64,000 nt of DNA from Thiocapsa sp. (lineage in GTDB: Bacteria > Pseudomonadota > Gammaproteobacteria > Chromatiales > Chromatiaceae), in the NCBI GenBank assembly GCA_022340925.1, contig JAJDNA010000042.1, positions 45,612-109,611 of the forward strand. The letters run 5' to 3'. The translations under genes were made by a program, and so were the position numbers. Of the stretch, positions 1 to 9,566 are shown piece after piece; within the stretch, counting starts at the first letter, position 1; every line of letters begins with the position of its first letter. The notes under the pieces are model-generated. The model searched no databases. It was not told the DNA's origin and worked only from the letters and a program-made list of their open reading frames with translations.

Positions 1-915
1 TACCTGCCTCGCCGGCGCCCGACCATCGTCCTCTCCGCCAAGACCCGGGACGACCGGGCCGCACTCTCTGCCAAACGTCGCAGTCACGGCGACACCCGAT
101 ATTTTCTGCGCCCCGGCACCGTCATGTCTGAACGCTGGCGGGCACGAGGCAAGAACCGCCTGAGGCGCTGGTGGGAACGGCGGCGTTTGCGGGCACTCTA
201 TCGCCAAGCCGATGGCGTCGTCGCCGTGTCGGAGGGCGTTGCCGAGGACATCGCCGCAATCACTGGGCTTCCCGAAGCGCGGATTCGGGTCATCCGGAAT
301 CCCAATCTGACCCCTGAGCTTGAGAACCTGGCCCAAGAGCCACTCGATCACCGCTGGTTCGCGGTGGGCCAGCCGCCGGTGATCATGGGCATCGGCGGGT
401 TGCGGACCCAGAAGGACTTTCCGACCCTGATCCGCGCCTTCGCCCGGGTTCGCGAGCGATTGCCGTGCCGGCTGATGATCCTGGGCCAGGGTCGCCAGAG
501 GGATCGGCTGCGGCGTCTCGCCGACGACTTGGGACTGACAGACGCGGTCGCCTTGCCAGGGTTCGACCCGAACCCCTACCGCTATCTGGCGCGGGCCAGC
601 CTGTTCGTACTTTCATCTCTTTGGGAGGGCTCGCCGAATGTGTTGACCGAGGCACTCGCGCTCGGCACGCCGGTGGTCGCCACCGACTGCCGCAGCGGAC
701 CGAGGGAGATCACCCGGGGCGGTGTCTTCGGCGCCCTGGTACCCGTCGGCGATGTCGACGCATTGGCCGCGGCCATGGAAGCGACCCTGCGCAATCCGCT
801 GCCGCCCCATGTCCTGAAGGAGGCGGTGCTGGAGTATCGCATGGACGTCAGCGCGAGACGTTATCTTGCGGCATTCGGGCTGATCGAGGAGCCGGCCGCC
901 ACGTCGGCGTCATGA
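1..915 (+). CDS. Glycosyltransferase family 4 (GT-B fold), 5' end cut by window edge
   Basis: Frame 1 is open from base 1 (YLPRRRPTIVLSAK...) into listed ORF 124..915. C-terminal GT1/GT4 hallmarks are present (KDFPTLIRAFARVR, LPGF..NPY, SSLWEGSPNVLTEALALGTPVVATDCRSGPREI). By eye it is roughly half identical to the convergent paralog at 981..2141. Confidence 0.8.
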   Translation, partial: YLPRRRPTIVLSAKTRDDRAALSAKRRSHGDTRYFLRPGTVMSERWRARGKNRLRRWWERRRLRALYRQADGVVAVSEGVAEDIAAITGLPEARIRVIRNPNLTPELENLAQEPLDHRWFAVGQPPVIMGIGGLRTQKDFPTLIRAFARVRERLPCRLMILGQGRQRDRLRRLADDLGLTDAVALPGFDPNPYRYLARASLFVLSSLWEGSPNVLTEALALGTPVVATDCRSGPREITRGGVFGALVPVGDVDALAAAMEATLRNPLPPHVLKEAVLEYRMDVSARRYLAAFGLIEEPAATSAS

Positions 916-980
916 AGCCGCAGGTCGGGGCCGCGCCCGGGAGTCGGGCGTCGAGCGGCCGCCCAGTGCCCAGGCTGTCC

Positions 981-2141
981 TCATCGCACGCGTGGCGGCC
1001 AGGCGTGCGCCACACGGCGACCGTCGGGCGCCGAGGCCCGATGAGGCAGGCCCATGGCATCCAGATAGGCGTTCGTGCTGGCCTCGATCTCAAAGACGCG
1101 GGCGGCATCCTGCAAGGTGGCCTTCGCTGGCGGATCCTCTAGGGTTGCCAGGATCGCATCCGCGAGTGCCGCATCGTCGCCGACGGGCACCAGCCGCCCG
1201 ATGCGCCCGTCTTGAAGGATCTCGCGCGGCCCGCTCGGGCAGTCCGTGGACACGACGGGGGTCCCGACCGCCAACGCCTCGACGGGCACGAAGGGCAATC
1301 CCTCCCACCGCGAGGAGAAGGCCAGGAGGCTCGCATGGGCCATGTAGGCATAGGGCTGCGCCACGAAGCCCGGCAGGTCGACGTCCTGCGCCACACCGAG
1401 GGTCTCCGCGAGTGCCAGGAGACGCTCGCGGGCATTGCCGCGTCCAAGGATCATGAGGCGGGACGCACGCCGGGCACGCACCCGTGCGAAGGCCCGGATC
1501 AGGGTGGGAAAGTCCTTGCGGCTGCATAGCTCCCCGACACTGAGGATGAGGGGATGGTCCGGGTCTCCCAGCCAGGGGTGCTCTGGTCGCGCGAGCGATG
1601 CCGTCAGGAGCGAGGCGGGGACGATCGGCGAGGGAACGGCCCGGATCCGCTCGCGATCGAGACCCGTATAGGCCGCCATATCGTCGGCCGCTCCCCGGCT
1701 CGGCACGATCACCTGATCGGCGAACCGATAGAGCCAGCCGATCGAGCGGCGCTGCGCCCACCGGTCCAGCGGTCCGCGTGAGGCCAGATCCGCTGAAACC
1801 GTTGTGCCGGTGCGGAGGACCAGTCGTGTCCCCGTCCGCGAGAGCCATCGGGCGAGCAGAGCCAGCCGGTTGACCCGATCCTTGTCGGAGAGCATGACGG
1901 CGGGTCGCGATCGGCGCAGATACCGCAGCACCTCGGGCAGGCAGGCATAGGTATGGCGTGTGCCCAGATCGATGATCTGCACCCCATGCGGAAGCCCTTC
2001 GAGGTCCGGTCCGTGCTGCCTGACCTTGAGCAGATCCACTCGGTAGCCGCGCCGCGCCAGCGCCGGGATCAGATGTCGCGCGAAGCGATCGACCCCGCTA
2101 TGGCCCGAGGTGGAGAAGAAACAGGCGATGCGTTGAGGCAT
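981..2141 (-). CDS. Glycosyltransferase family 4
   Basis: 386 aa. The N-terminal GT-B half is MPQRIACFFSTSGHSGVDRFARHLIPALARRGYRV. The C-terminal half carries KDFPTLIRAFARVR, SSRWEGLPFVPVEALAVGTPVVSTDCPSGPREI. It starts 13 nt downstream of the asnB-like stop, so an operon is likely. Confidence 0.85.
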   Translation of the reverse strand: MPQRIACFFSTSGHSGVDRFARHLIPALARRGYRVDLLKVRQHGPDLEGLPHGVQIIDLGTRHTYACLPEVLRYLRRSRPAVMLSDKDRVNRLALLARWLSRTGTRLVLRTGTTVSADLASRGPLDRWAQRRSIGWLYRFADQVIVPSRGAADDMAAYTGLDRERIRAVPSPIVPASLLTASLARPEHPWLGDPDHPLILSVGELCSRKDFPTLIRAFARVRARRASRLMILGRGNARERLLALAETLGVAQDVDLPGFVAQPYAYMAHASLLAFSSRWEGLPFVPVEALAVGTPVVSTDCPSGPREILQDGRIGRLVPVGDDAALADAILATLEDPPAKATLQDAARVFEIEASTNAYLDAMGLPHRASAPDGRRVAHAWPPRVR

Positions 2142-2154
2142 GTTAAGCGAGGTA

Positions 2155-3984
2155 CTAGGAGCCGCTCGCGATCCACTCGAGCGGGTCCTCGTCGGGCGAG
2201 GGCTTGAGCCCGGGCCGCTCGATGAAGAGGCGGTGCCAGATGGCGAATTGCATCATCCCGAACAGCTCGCGGCTGCCACCACGGCCGGCCCGGCGAGCCG
2301 CGACGAGGCCTGGGATCGCCTCCACGCGGAACCACTCCCGCACACCGCGGCTCAGGCGCAGTCTCTCCCCGGCCCGCGCCGCCACTTCCCCCGTGAGCCA
2401 GTCCCCGACCGGCACGTGGAAGCCCCGCTTGGGGCGTTGCAGGTGTCCCGGCGGCAGCTTCGGCTCGGCCCAGCGCTGCAGCAGCCACTTGCCCTGATGG
2501 CCCCTGATCTTGAGGCGGTCCGGGAGTGCAAGTCCGAGCTCGACGATCCGATGGTCGAGAAACGGGACCCGTCCCTCCAGCCCGAAACCCATGAGCATCC
2601 GGTCGGTCTTGACCAGCAGGTTGTCCGGAAGGGCGGTGACCAGATCGGTGTACTGACGCCGCTGCAGGTCGGACCAGTGTTTCGGCGTCGCCTGCCAGGC
2701 TCTGACAAAGGGCGCGCGATCCGCCTCCTTGACCGCTCTGAGGGCGGGTCCGAGCAGCCGGCGCGTCCAGTACCCCGACCAGTGACCGCGCGTGCGGAAG
2801 GCGCCGCTTCCGGGGTGGAGCCGGCCCTTGAGCCACCGCTCGGGGGGCGAGGGGCGATAGCGCCGATAGCCTGCCAAGACCTCGTCCCCGCCCTCACCGG
2901 AGAAGACCACCTTGAGGTCGTGAGCCGCGGTCTGGGCGAGGATCGACGTCGGCAGGTTCGCATAGTCGCGCATCAGCTCGTCGGCCGCCCAGACCGTATG
3001 CGGGATGCGCGCGAAGATCTCCCCGAGCTCCAGCTCGAGCGGGCGATGCTCCAGCCCGAAGTGCGCCGCGACCCGCGCCGCCTCGTCCAGCTCGTGGGCC
3101 ATGGCGGTGCCCCGATAGCCGACCGAGAAGCTTTTGATGCGACCGGCACCATGGGCGTGAAGCAGCGCGGCCAGCACGGCCGAGTCCACCCCGCCGGAGA
3201 GGAAGAGGCCGAAGGGCACGTCCGAGCGCATGTGCTCACGCATCACGGCGTCGAGTAGACCGTCGAGCTCGGCGAGCGCGGCCTCCGGGCTGAGGGTGCG
3301 AGGCTGGACGTCGAGCGCCGACCAGTAGCGTCTGTGCCCGATCCGCAATCCCCGATCGATGATCAGCGCCTCGCCGGGCGGGACCCTCCGGATGCCCTCG
3401 AAAATCGTCTCTTCCCCGCTCGCAAACTGGTTCTGCAGGAACTGTCGCAGTGCGGCCGGATTCACGCGGGGCTGCCCGGGCAGGATTGGCAGGAGTGCCT
3501 TGATCTCGGACGCGAAGGCGATGCGATCGGGCAGACGCGCATAGAACAGCGGCTTGATGCCGAGCCGGTCGCGCGCCAGGATCAGCCGGCCGGTCCGCGC
3601 GTCGTGGAGCGCAAACGCGTACATCCCGCGCAGCTCCGTCAGGAAGTCCAGACCATGCACCGCGTAGGCATGCAGGATGGTCTCGGAGTCCGAGTCGGTC
3701 AGCAGCCGGCGGCCATGCTCGCGCAGCGCGGCATTGAGCTCGACGTAATTGTAGACCTCGCCGTTGGCCGCCAGCGCGAGCCGGCCGTCCCCCGACACCA
3801 TCGGCTGATGCCCCGTGGCAAGCCCGATGATCGAGAGCCGGGTCTGCGCCAGCCCGACCGGACCGCTGCAATGAATGCCCCGATCGTCCGGACCCCGATG
3901 GGCCAGCGCAGCCGCCATGCGGGCCAACGCGTCCGGCTCCGGACGACGCCCCTCGCGCAGCATGAGACCCGCGATGCCGCACAT
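2155..3984 (-). CDS. asnB: Asparagine synthase (glutamine-hydrolysing) family amidotransferase, EPS/exosortase-locus type
   Basis: 609 aa. MCGIAGL N-terminal nucleophile Cys2 of class-II glutamine amidotransferases. SGGVDSAVLAAL PP-loop of the synthetase domain. The length and the GT neighbours fit EPS-associated AsnB paralogs. Confidence 0.9.
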   Translation of the reverse strand: MCGIAGLMLREGRRPEPDALARMAAALAHRGPDDRGIHCSGPVGLAQTRLSIIGLATGHQPMVSGDGRLALAANGEVYNYVELNAALREHGRRLLTDSDSETILHAYAVHGLDFLTELRGMYAFALHDARTGRLILARDRLGIKPLFYARLPDRIAFASEIKALLPILPGQPRVNPAALRQFLQNQFASGEETIFEGIRRVPPGEALIIDRGLRIGHRRYWSALDVQPRTLSPEAALAELDGLLDAVMREHMRSDVPFGLFLSGGVDSAVLAALLHAHGAGRIKSFSVGYRGTAMAHELDEAARVAAHFGLEHRPLELELGEIFARIPHTVWAADELMRDYANLPTSILAQTAAHDLKVVFSGEGGDEVLAGYRRYRPSPPERWLKGRLHPGSGAFRTRGHWSGYWTRRLLGPALRAVKEADRAPFVRAWQATPKHWSDLQRRQYTDLVTALPDNLLVKTDRMLMGFGLEGRVPFLDHRIVELGLALPDRLKIRGHQGKWLLQRWAEPKLPPGHLQRPKRGFHVPVGDWLTGEVAARAGERLRLSRGVREWFRVEAIPGLVAARRAGRGGSRELFGMMQFAIWHRLFIERPGLKPSPDEDPLEWIASGS

Positions 3985-4545
3985 CAGCGGCTCGAACGGT
4001 GGCGCGTGCGTCTGATCGGGGTTTGGGGCATCAGATGGCTCGATGGGCTTGGTTCAAGGCCTGCCCGAAAGGAGCGGGGCGGGTCCCCGCGTTGTCGTTG
4101 CATTGTCGACCCGCGGGGTTGAAGCTGACAAGGCGTCCTGAACCATCACGCTTGGTGAGCCGCCTCTGCAATGTCTCTTCCCGACCGAAGAATGTCCTGC
4201 CGGTCTTCTGCTGAATCCCCTGGGCCCGGGAGAGGATCTGGAGACCGTGCGCAACCGACGATCCATATCAGTGCCAGATGAATCTCGCAGCTCAGCTTAA
4301 CAAGACACATAGTGGACGAAAATAATCGGATATGTTCGGCTGACTCACCTATAGTGAGTTCGGAGGGCTGGCGTGCAGCAGGGCGCGACCTTCGGCGTGT
4401 TTGGAAAGACAGGAAGGGCGACGTGCTACAAGGGCAGATTCATATCCGCCTTGCCGATGTCGCCTTTTTCCCGTGGTTCGTCAGTTGCCTGGCAGGCACG
4501 AAGAATCCTATCAGCACATCTGCCACCGACCAGGAGGACAGCATC

Positions 4546-4914
4546 ATGACTCAACAACTCGAACGAAAATCCCTGGACAATCCCGACGAGGTTCGTCCGT
4601 TTAAGGACGGGAAGGGTCGGGCGGAGATTGTAACCGTGGGCGAAACCGTTCTGGGACGAGGTATCTTCGAACCCGGTTGGGTTTGGAGCGAGCATGTCAA
4701 GCCCATCGCCGGGACCGCGTCCTGCCAGTCAGGGCACACCGGTTACGTCCTGGAAGGGCGTATGGTCGTCAAGATGGACGACGGCTCGGAAGTGGAGTTC
4801 GGTCCGGGCGATGCCTTCTATATGCCGCCCGGACACGATGCCTGGATTGTCGGTGATGAGCGCTGCGTGCTCATCGATGTGACGGGGTTCGGGAAGTACG
4901 CAAAACCCGCTTAG
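4546..4914 (+). CDS. Cupin domain protein
   Basis: An internal ATG at 4546 is preceded by AGGAGGA (4532-4538). MTQQLERKSLDNPDEV...GHTGYVLEGRMVVKMDDGSEVEFGPGDAFYMPPGHDAW is a typical small cupin barrel. The upstream 78 codons of ORF 4312..4914 look non-coding. Confidence 0.75.
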   Translation: MTQQLERKSLDNPDEVRPFKDGKGRAEIVTVGETVLGRGIFEPGWVWSEHVKPIAGTASCQSGHTGYVLEGRMVVKMDDGSEVEFGPGDAFYMPPGHDAWIVGDERCVLIDVTGFGKYAKPA

Positions 4915-5327
4915 CCGACTTGTCGGTCGAAGACTTCCGCAGTGAGCAGGTCCCCGTCACTGCTGCGGGCAGCCATGTCCCTGCGTGAGCCTTCGGCCAC
5001 ATCTCCCTGATGCGCGCGCCGGGGGTGAATCGTGCCAGCGCCTCTGCTGCGCGGCGGAACAGCTGCCCCCAGCCATCGACCACCCGGTCCCACGCCTGTG
5101 TTACGCCTTGGCGAATCTGATGAAGTGTGGACAGGTCTGCCTCCGGTGTGTTTCGAGCACCGCTTGGCGTTACCAGTCGTGCGGATTCCAAACGCAGGGT
5201 TTGGGTCCCCTGCGCTCCCTGTCTGATGCTCGCACGTTGTACCAACCTTCCGGTTCTGCCCAGTGGTATGGACCTCGGCCAGCCGCACCAGGCCGCCTCG
5301 ATGGTGTGGGCCTGACCGGCGCGGATG

Positions 5328-5705
5328 CACTGCGAGAGGTCGTTGGTGCCGATGCTCAGGAAGTCGGCGTACCGCAGCACATCGCCGATCGAGAACACGG
5401 CCGAAGGGGTCTCAAACAGGGCCCCGATGGGTGGCAGCTCGGCAATACCCTCCCCGCCGGCGAACTGGCGGATCAGGGTGACCGCCTCGTGCAGGTCCGA
5501 ACCGCCGAGGATCATGGGCAGCAGCCCCCGGATGTCGCATTCCAGCGCGAGCCGCAGGATCGCTGTCATCTGCGTGCGCAACAGGTCCTGGGCGGCCTGG
5601 CGGTCGAAGCCGCAGTAGAGGTCGGGCACACGACGGAGGTCGAAGTGGACAGAGGCGTCGAACAGCCCCTCGATCAGCCTCAGGGCTGCATCGGCAAAGC
5701 CCTAC
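5328..5705 (-). pseudogene. Remnant of a PEP-utilising enzyme (PtsI/PtsP/PpsA-type C-terminal TIM-barrel domain)
   Basis: LLRTQMTAILRLA...LLPMILGGSDLHEAV...IGALFETPSAVF...ADFLSIGTNDLSQ matches the PEP-utilisers C-domain. It includes the PROSITE-type signature D-x-L-S-I-G-T-N-D-L-x-Q. Similarity stops right after that Q. There is no N-terminal or phospho-His domain, and an in-frame stop lies about 75 nt upstream of the listed start. Confidence 0.55.
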
Positions 5706-6001
5706 TGGGTGAGTCCTACAGCGGCCAGCGCCGTATCATGGGGGCAGACCGATCCGCTTCGGCGGCGCGCTGGACCCGCGGTCCTTCATGTCAATCGCCG
5801 CCGGTTGGGGCACAATGGTGCCCGGAGCGCGGCCTGGCCGGTCGTTCGTCGCCAAGGGCGGAGGGCAAGCGTCCATGGGCCGATCGACCGGCGATGCCGG
5901 CCGGACATCCATCAGGCTCCGCCGCCCCGGGGAGGCGCCGCCAGTTTCAGCGTCGTCCCCGGCAGGTGATTGGAGATTTGCGCTTGCGGTTACTTCGTTT
6001 G

Positions 6002-6757
6002 ATGAGAAGCCGATTCGTGGCGGGCCAAGGCCTGGGCTTGGGGGCCAAATGGGCGGTCTGTCCTGTCTGCGAGGGCCATCGGCTGCTCGTCCGGCTCGGC
6101 GAGGATGAGATACTCGTACGCTGTCTCGTGTGTCGCGCCAGCGCGATTTCCATGTCCATGGCCGCTGCCCTGAGGCAGCTGGAGGTGGCGCTCTCCTCGG
6201 CCCATGTTCTGGAGCTCTCCTGCCGCGGTCCGTTCCACGGCTTTCTCATGCGGCGGGCGGCCCGCCTGACCTGCTCGCAGTACCATGCCGACGCGGAGCC
6301 GGGCGAGGTCAGAGGCGGCATTCTCTGCCAGGACGTGCAGCGCCTGACCTTTCCAGACGCCGTCTTTGATCTCTGCACCTCGACCGAGGTGTTCGAGCAT
6401 GTGCCGGACGATCGCCGCGGATTCGCTGAGATGAATCGGGTCTTGAAGCCTGGCGGCATGCTGGTGTTCACCGTACCCGTGAGCGGGGAACCGGAAACTG
6501 TCGAACGCGCGCGTCTGGATCCGGCCGGCCGGATCACGCATCTGCTTCCCGCCGAGTATCATCTGGATCCCGCCAAGGAGGGCTCTGCCGTGCTCGCATT
6601 TCGGAACTATGGCGAGGATCTGCTGCAGCGTTTGCTCGAGGTCGGCTTCACATCGGCCGAATTCCTCACGCCTGCTCAAGCGGTGCCCTGGGGCTACGCC
6701 AGGCCAGTGGTGGTCGCCCGCAAGGACGACCCTGTCCGGACAGCCGCCAAGCCTTGA
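6002..6757 (+). CDS. Class I SAM-dependent methyltransferase with N-terminal Cys4 zinc-ribbon
   Basis: This is the C-terminal 251 codons of track ORF 4985..6757. CPVC...CLVC ribbon, then VLELSCRGPF (motif I-like), FDLCTSTEVFEHVPD, LKPGGMLVFTVP (Methyltransf_11-like). An alternative TTG start at 5984 lies 7 nt after GGAGA. Confidence 0.75.
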   Translation: MRSRFVAGQGLGLGAKWAVCPVCEGHRLLVRLGEDEILVRCLVCRASAISMSMAAALRQLEVALSSAHVLELSCRGPFHGFLMRRAARLTCSQYHADAEPGEVRGGILCQDVQRLTFPDAVFDLCTSTEVFEHVPDDRRGFAEMNRVLKPGGMLVFTVPVSGEPETVERARLDPAGRITHLLPAEYHLDPAKEGSAVLAFRNYGEDLLQRLLEVGFTSAEFLTPAQAVPWGYARPVVVARKDDPVRTAAKP

Positions 6758-6775
6758 GCTCTCGGACTCGGTTCG

Positions 6776-7651
6776 ATGCGCATCACCGGGGTCTTTTTTT
6801 CTTATCTGCTTGCCTGTCTCGTCCTGGCGGCGCTGTTGGCGTATCCCCTCGTGGAGACTGGCTGGGTCGCCGTTGAGCCCCAACGGGTCATGGGCCGTTT
6901 GGCACAGGTCTTCATGCTGCTCGGATTCTGGACGTTTCTCAAACAACTGCGACTTGCGGATCGGACGTCGGTGGGTTTCGGTGCTGCGGGTCGCGTGCTG
7001 CGGAGGTCGGTGGGCTTGGGCTGGATCCAGGGGACGCTTATCCTCGTGGTCTTGGCGCTTGCGCTCGTCGCGCTGCAAATCCGCATTCCGGATGCGGATC
7101 TCGAGCGTTGGCCGGTCCTGGCGAGCAAAGCCGTCCAGGCCTTGATCGGTGGACTCGTCATCGGCGTGCTGGAGGAGATGTTCTTTCGGGGGGCGCTCTA
7201 TACGGCGATCCGCCGTCGAGACGGGTTCGTCGCGGCCGTGGTCTGGAGCGCGTTCCTCTACGCGCTCGTGCACTTCATGAAGCCCGGGGCGTTGCCCGCG
7301 GGTGTGCCCTTCGACTTTGCGGGCTCCGGGCGGATGCTCGTCGGCGTCTTCGTCGATCTCTTTCAGTGGGCCCATCTCGACTCGATGCTCGCGCTCTTCG
7401 CGGTCGGGGTGTTCTTGGCGCTTGTCCGCGAGCGCACGGGGCATATCGGCTGGTGCATCGGACTGCATGCCGGTTGGGTCTTTGTGATTCAGGTCTCACG
7501 CCGCTTGACCGATGGGAACCCAAGTGCCCCCCTGGCCTTTCTGGTCGGAGAGTACGACGGCACGATCGGGTTGCTCGCTGCGGCCTGGATCGGATCTCTG
7601 GCGCTGGTCTTCTGGATCTGGTCACGTCAGTCGCGGGCGCCGCACCCCTGA
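6776..7651 (+). CDS. CPBP family intramembrane glutamic endopeptidase (CAAX protease/Abi family)
   Basis: 291 aa, polytopic. EEMFFRGALY (EExxxR motif) and FLYALVHF (FxxxH) are the CPBP signature motifs. It lies 19 nt after the methyltransferase stop. Confidence 0.8.
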   Translation: MRITGVFFSYLLACLVLAALLAYPLVETGWVAVEPQRVMGRLAQVFMLLGFWTFLKQLRLADRTSVGFGAAGRVLRRSVGLGWIQGTLILVVLALALVALQIRIPDADLERWPVLASKAVQALIGGLVIGVLEEMFFRGALYTAIRRRDGFVAAVVWSAFLYALVHFMKPGALPAGVPFDFAGSGRMLVGVFVDLFQWAHLDSMLALFAVGVFLALVRERTGHIGWCIGLHAGWVFVIQVSRRLTDGNPSAPLAFLVGEYDGTIGLLAAAWIGSLALVFWIWSRQSRAPHP

Positions 7652-7698
7652 TCCGACGGGTATAGAATCGGCGGATCGAATCATTGCCGGATCCGCTG

Positions 7699-9114
7699 AT
7701 GCCCCAGTCAACCCCTCCCGCCAAGCCCTGGGCAGGGCGATTCAATGCCCCTACGGACGCCTTCGTCGAGGCCTTCACCGCGTCGGTCGACTTCGACCGG
7801 CGGCTCTACCGCTACGATATTCAGGGCTCGATCGCCCATGCCACCATGCTTGCGCGCCAGGGGATCTTAAGCAGCGCCGAGCGCGACGCCATTGTCTCCG
7901 GCCTCGAGGCGGTGCGGGCGCGCATCGAGGCCGGCGAGTTTCAGTGGTCGATCCCGCTCGAGGACGTCCACATGAACGTGGAATCGGCGTTGACGGATTC
8001 GATCGGCGATGCCGGCAAGAAGCTCCACACGGGGCGGTCGCGCAACGACCAGGTGGCGACCGACGTGCGACTCTGGCTGCGCGAGGAGATTGACCTCATC
8101 GGCCATGCGATCGCGGATCTGCAGCGGGTGCTGTTGCGTCTGGCCGAGCGCGAGGCCGACGCCCTGATGCCGGGGTTCACCCATCTTCAGGTCGCTCAGC
8201 CCGTGACCTTCGGCCACCACATGCTGGCCTGGTTCGAGATGCTGGATCGAGATCGCGATCGACTTGCCGACTGTCGTCGGCGTCTCAATGTCATGCCGCT
8301 CGGGGCCGCGGCCCTCGCCGGCACCACCTACCCGATCGACCGTCAGTACACCGCCGAGCTGCTCGGTTTCGATCGGCCCTCCGAGAACTCGCTGGACGCC
8401 GTCTCCGATCGGGATTTCGCAATCGAGTTCACGGCGGATGCGGCCATCCTCATGATGCATCTGTCGCGGTTCTCCGAAGAGCTCATTCTCTGGTCCTCCG
8501 CCCAGTTTGCGTTCGTAGAGATGTCGGATAGCTTCTGCACCGGCTCCTCGATCATGCCGCAGAAGAAGAACCCCGACGTGCCCGAGCTGGTGCGCGGGAA
8601 AAGCGGGCGGATCTTCGGACATCTGATGGGCCTCCTCACGCTCATGAAGGGCCAACCTCTCGCCTACAACAAAGACAACCAAGAGGACAAGGAGCCCCTG
8701 TTCGACACGGTCGACAATCTCAAGGGCTCGCTCAAGGCCTACACCGGCATGATGCAGGGGATCACCTGCAACCACGCCCGCATGCGCGACGCCGCCGCCC
8801 GGGGGTTCAGCACGGCGACCGATCTCGCCGACTATCTGGTGCGCAAGGGCATCCCCTTCCGCGACGCCCATGAGATCGTCGGCAAGGCGGTTGCGCTCGG
8901 CGTGGGAGAGGGCCGCGACCTGGGAGAGTTGAGCCTCACCGAGCTGCGCCAGTTCTCGGACGCGATCGAGGCCGACGTCTATTCCGTCCTGACCTTGGAG
9001 GGATCCGTTGCCGCGCGAGATCATCTCGGCGGGACCGCCCCCGCCCAGGTGCGGGCCGCTGTTGCGCGGGCGCGCCAGCGTCTGACTGGGCTGGGGGGGG
9101 CGGATGGCGGATAG
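7699..9114 (+). CDS. argH: Argininosuccinate lyase
   Basis: [52 protein letters not shown] and [16 protein letters not shown] (fumarate-lyase signature) are present. The ATG at 7699 is preferred over the track TTG at 7684. Confidence 0.95.
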   Translation: MPQSTPPAKPWAGRFNAPTDAFVEAFTASVDFDRRLYRYDIQGSIAHATMLARQGILSSAERDAIVSGLEAVRARIEAGEFQWSIPLEDVHMNVESALTDSIGDAGKKLHTGRSRNDQVATDVRLWLREEIDLIGHAIADLQRVLLRLAEREADALMPGFTHLQVAQPVTFGHHMLAWFEMLDRDRDRLADCRRRLNVMPLGAAALAGTTYPIDRQYTAELLGFDRPSENSLDAVSDRDFAIEFTADAAILMMHLSRFSEELILWSSAQFAFVEMSDSFCTGSSIMPQKKNPDVPELVRGKSGRIFGHLMGLLTLMKGQPLAYNKDNQEDKEPLFDTVDNLKGSLKAYTGMMQGITCNHARMRDAAARGFSTATDLADYLVRKGIPFRDAHEIVGKAVALGVGEGRDLGELSLTELRQFSDAIEADVYSVLTLEGSVAARDHLGGTAPAQVRAAVARARQRLTGLGGADGG

Positions 9115-9463
9115 TCTGGATCAGCTCAACAACCTCCTGCTGGAATTTGCCCGTGCGCGCGACTGGGAGCAGTTTCACTCTCCGAAAAACCTCGCCATGG
9201 CCCTCGCCGGCGAGGCCGGCGAGCTGCTCGAGCATTTCCAATGGTTGACCGAGCGTCAGAGCGCCGCCCTGGATGCAGAGAAGACGCGCCACGTGGCTCA
9301 CGAGATGGCCGACATCCTCATCTATCTCATTCGCCTGTCGGAACGCCTGGAGATCGATCTGGTGGCGGCCGCTTATGAGAAGATCGCCATCAACGAGGCC
9401 CGCTATCCTCCCGCGCAGGTACGCGGGGACGCCCGGCGCGCGGATGAGTCCGGGGAGGGCTGA
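9104..9463 (+). CDS. MazG-like nucleotide pyrophosphohydrolase (dCTPase-like)
   Basis: 119 aa. [33 protein letters not shown]...[14 protein letters not shown] is the all-alpha NTP-PPase EExxE/D pattern. It overlaps the argH stop by 11 nt. Confidence 0.8.
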   Translation: MADSLDQLNNLLLEFARARDWEQFHSPKNLAMALAGEAGELLEHFQWLTERQSAALDAEKTRHVAHEMADILIYLIRLSERLEIDLVAAAYEKIAINEARYPPAQVRGDARRADESGEG

Positions 9464-9566
9464 GACCGCGTTCGGCCTGGAAAGGGCGGTTGGCTGTCGG
9501 CGATCAGCCCGGTTTCCGCGCGTGCATGCGGTCCGGTCGGTCGGAGCTACGCCTGAATCTGACCAT

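Noticed and set aside
4343-4359. ACTCAC-CTATA-GTGAGT hairpin whose arms resemble the T7 promoter core (GACTCAC.TATAG / CCTATAGTGAGT)
   Set aside because: The match to the T7 class III promoter is only ~12 nt with an inserted base and no TAATAC upstream part. No phage RNA polymerase context exists. It is most likely a chance palindrome in the AT-richer asnB/cupin divergent promoter region.
4985-6757. 590-aa plus-strand ORF as one gene
   Set aside because: Only the last ~251 codons (from 6002) look like protein, namely the zinc ribbon and methyltransferase. The first ~340 codons are Arg/Pro/Gly-rich and lie antisense to the PEP-enzyme remnant.
5990-7468. 492-aa minus-strand ORF
   Set aside because: It is antisense to the methyltransferase and CPBP genes. 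Its composition is low-complexity and rich in Arg, Glu, Asp and His, with no motifs. It is a typical shadow ORF of high-GC coding DNA.
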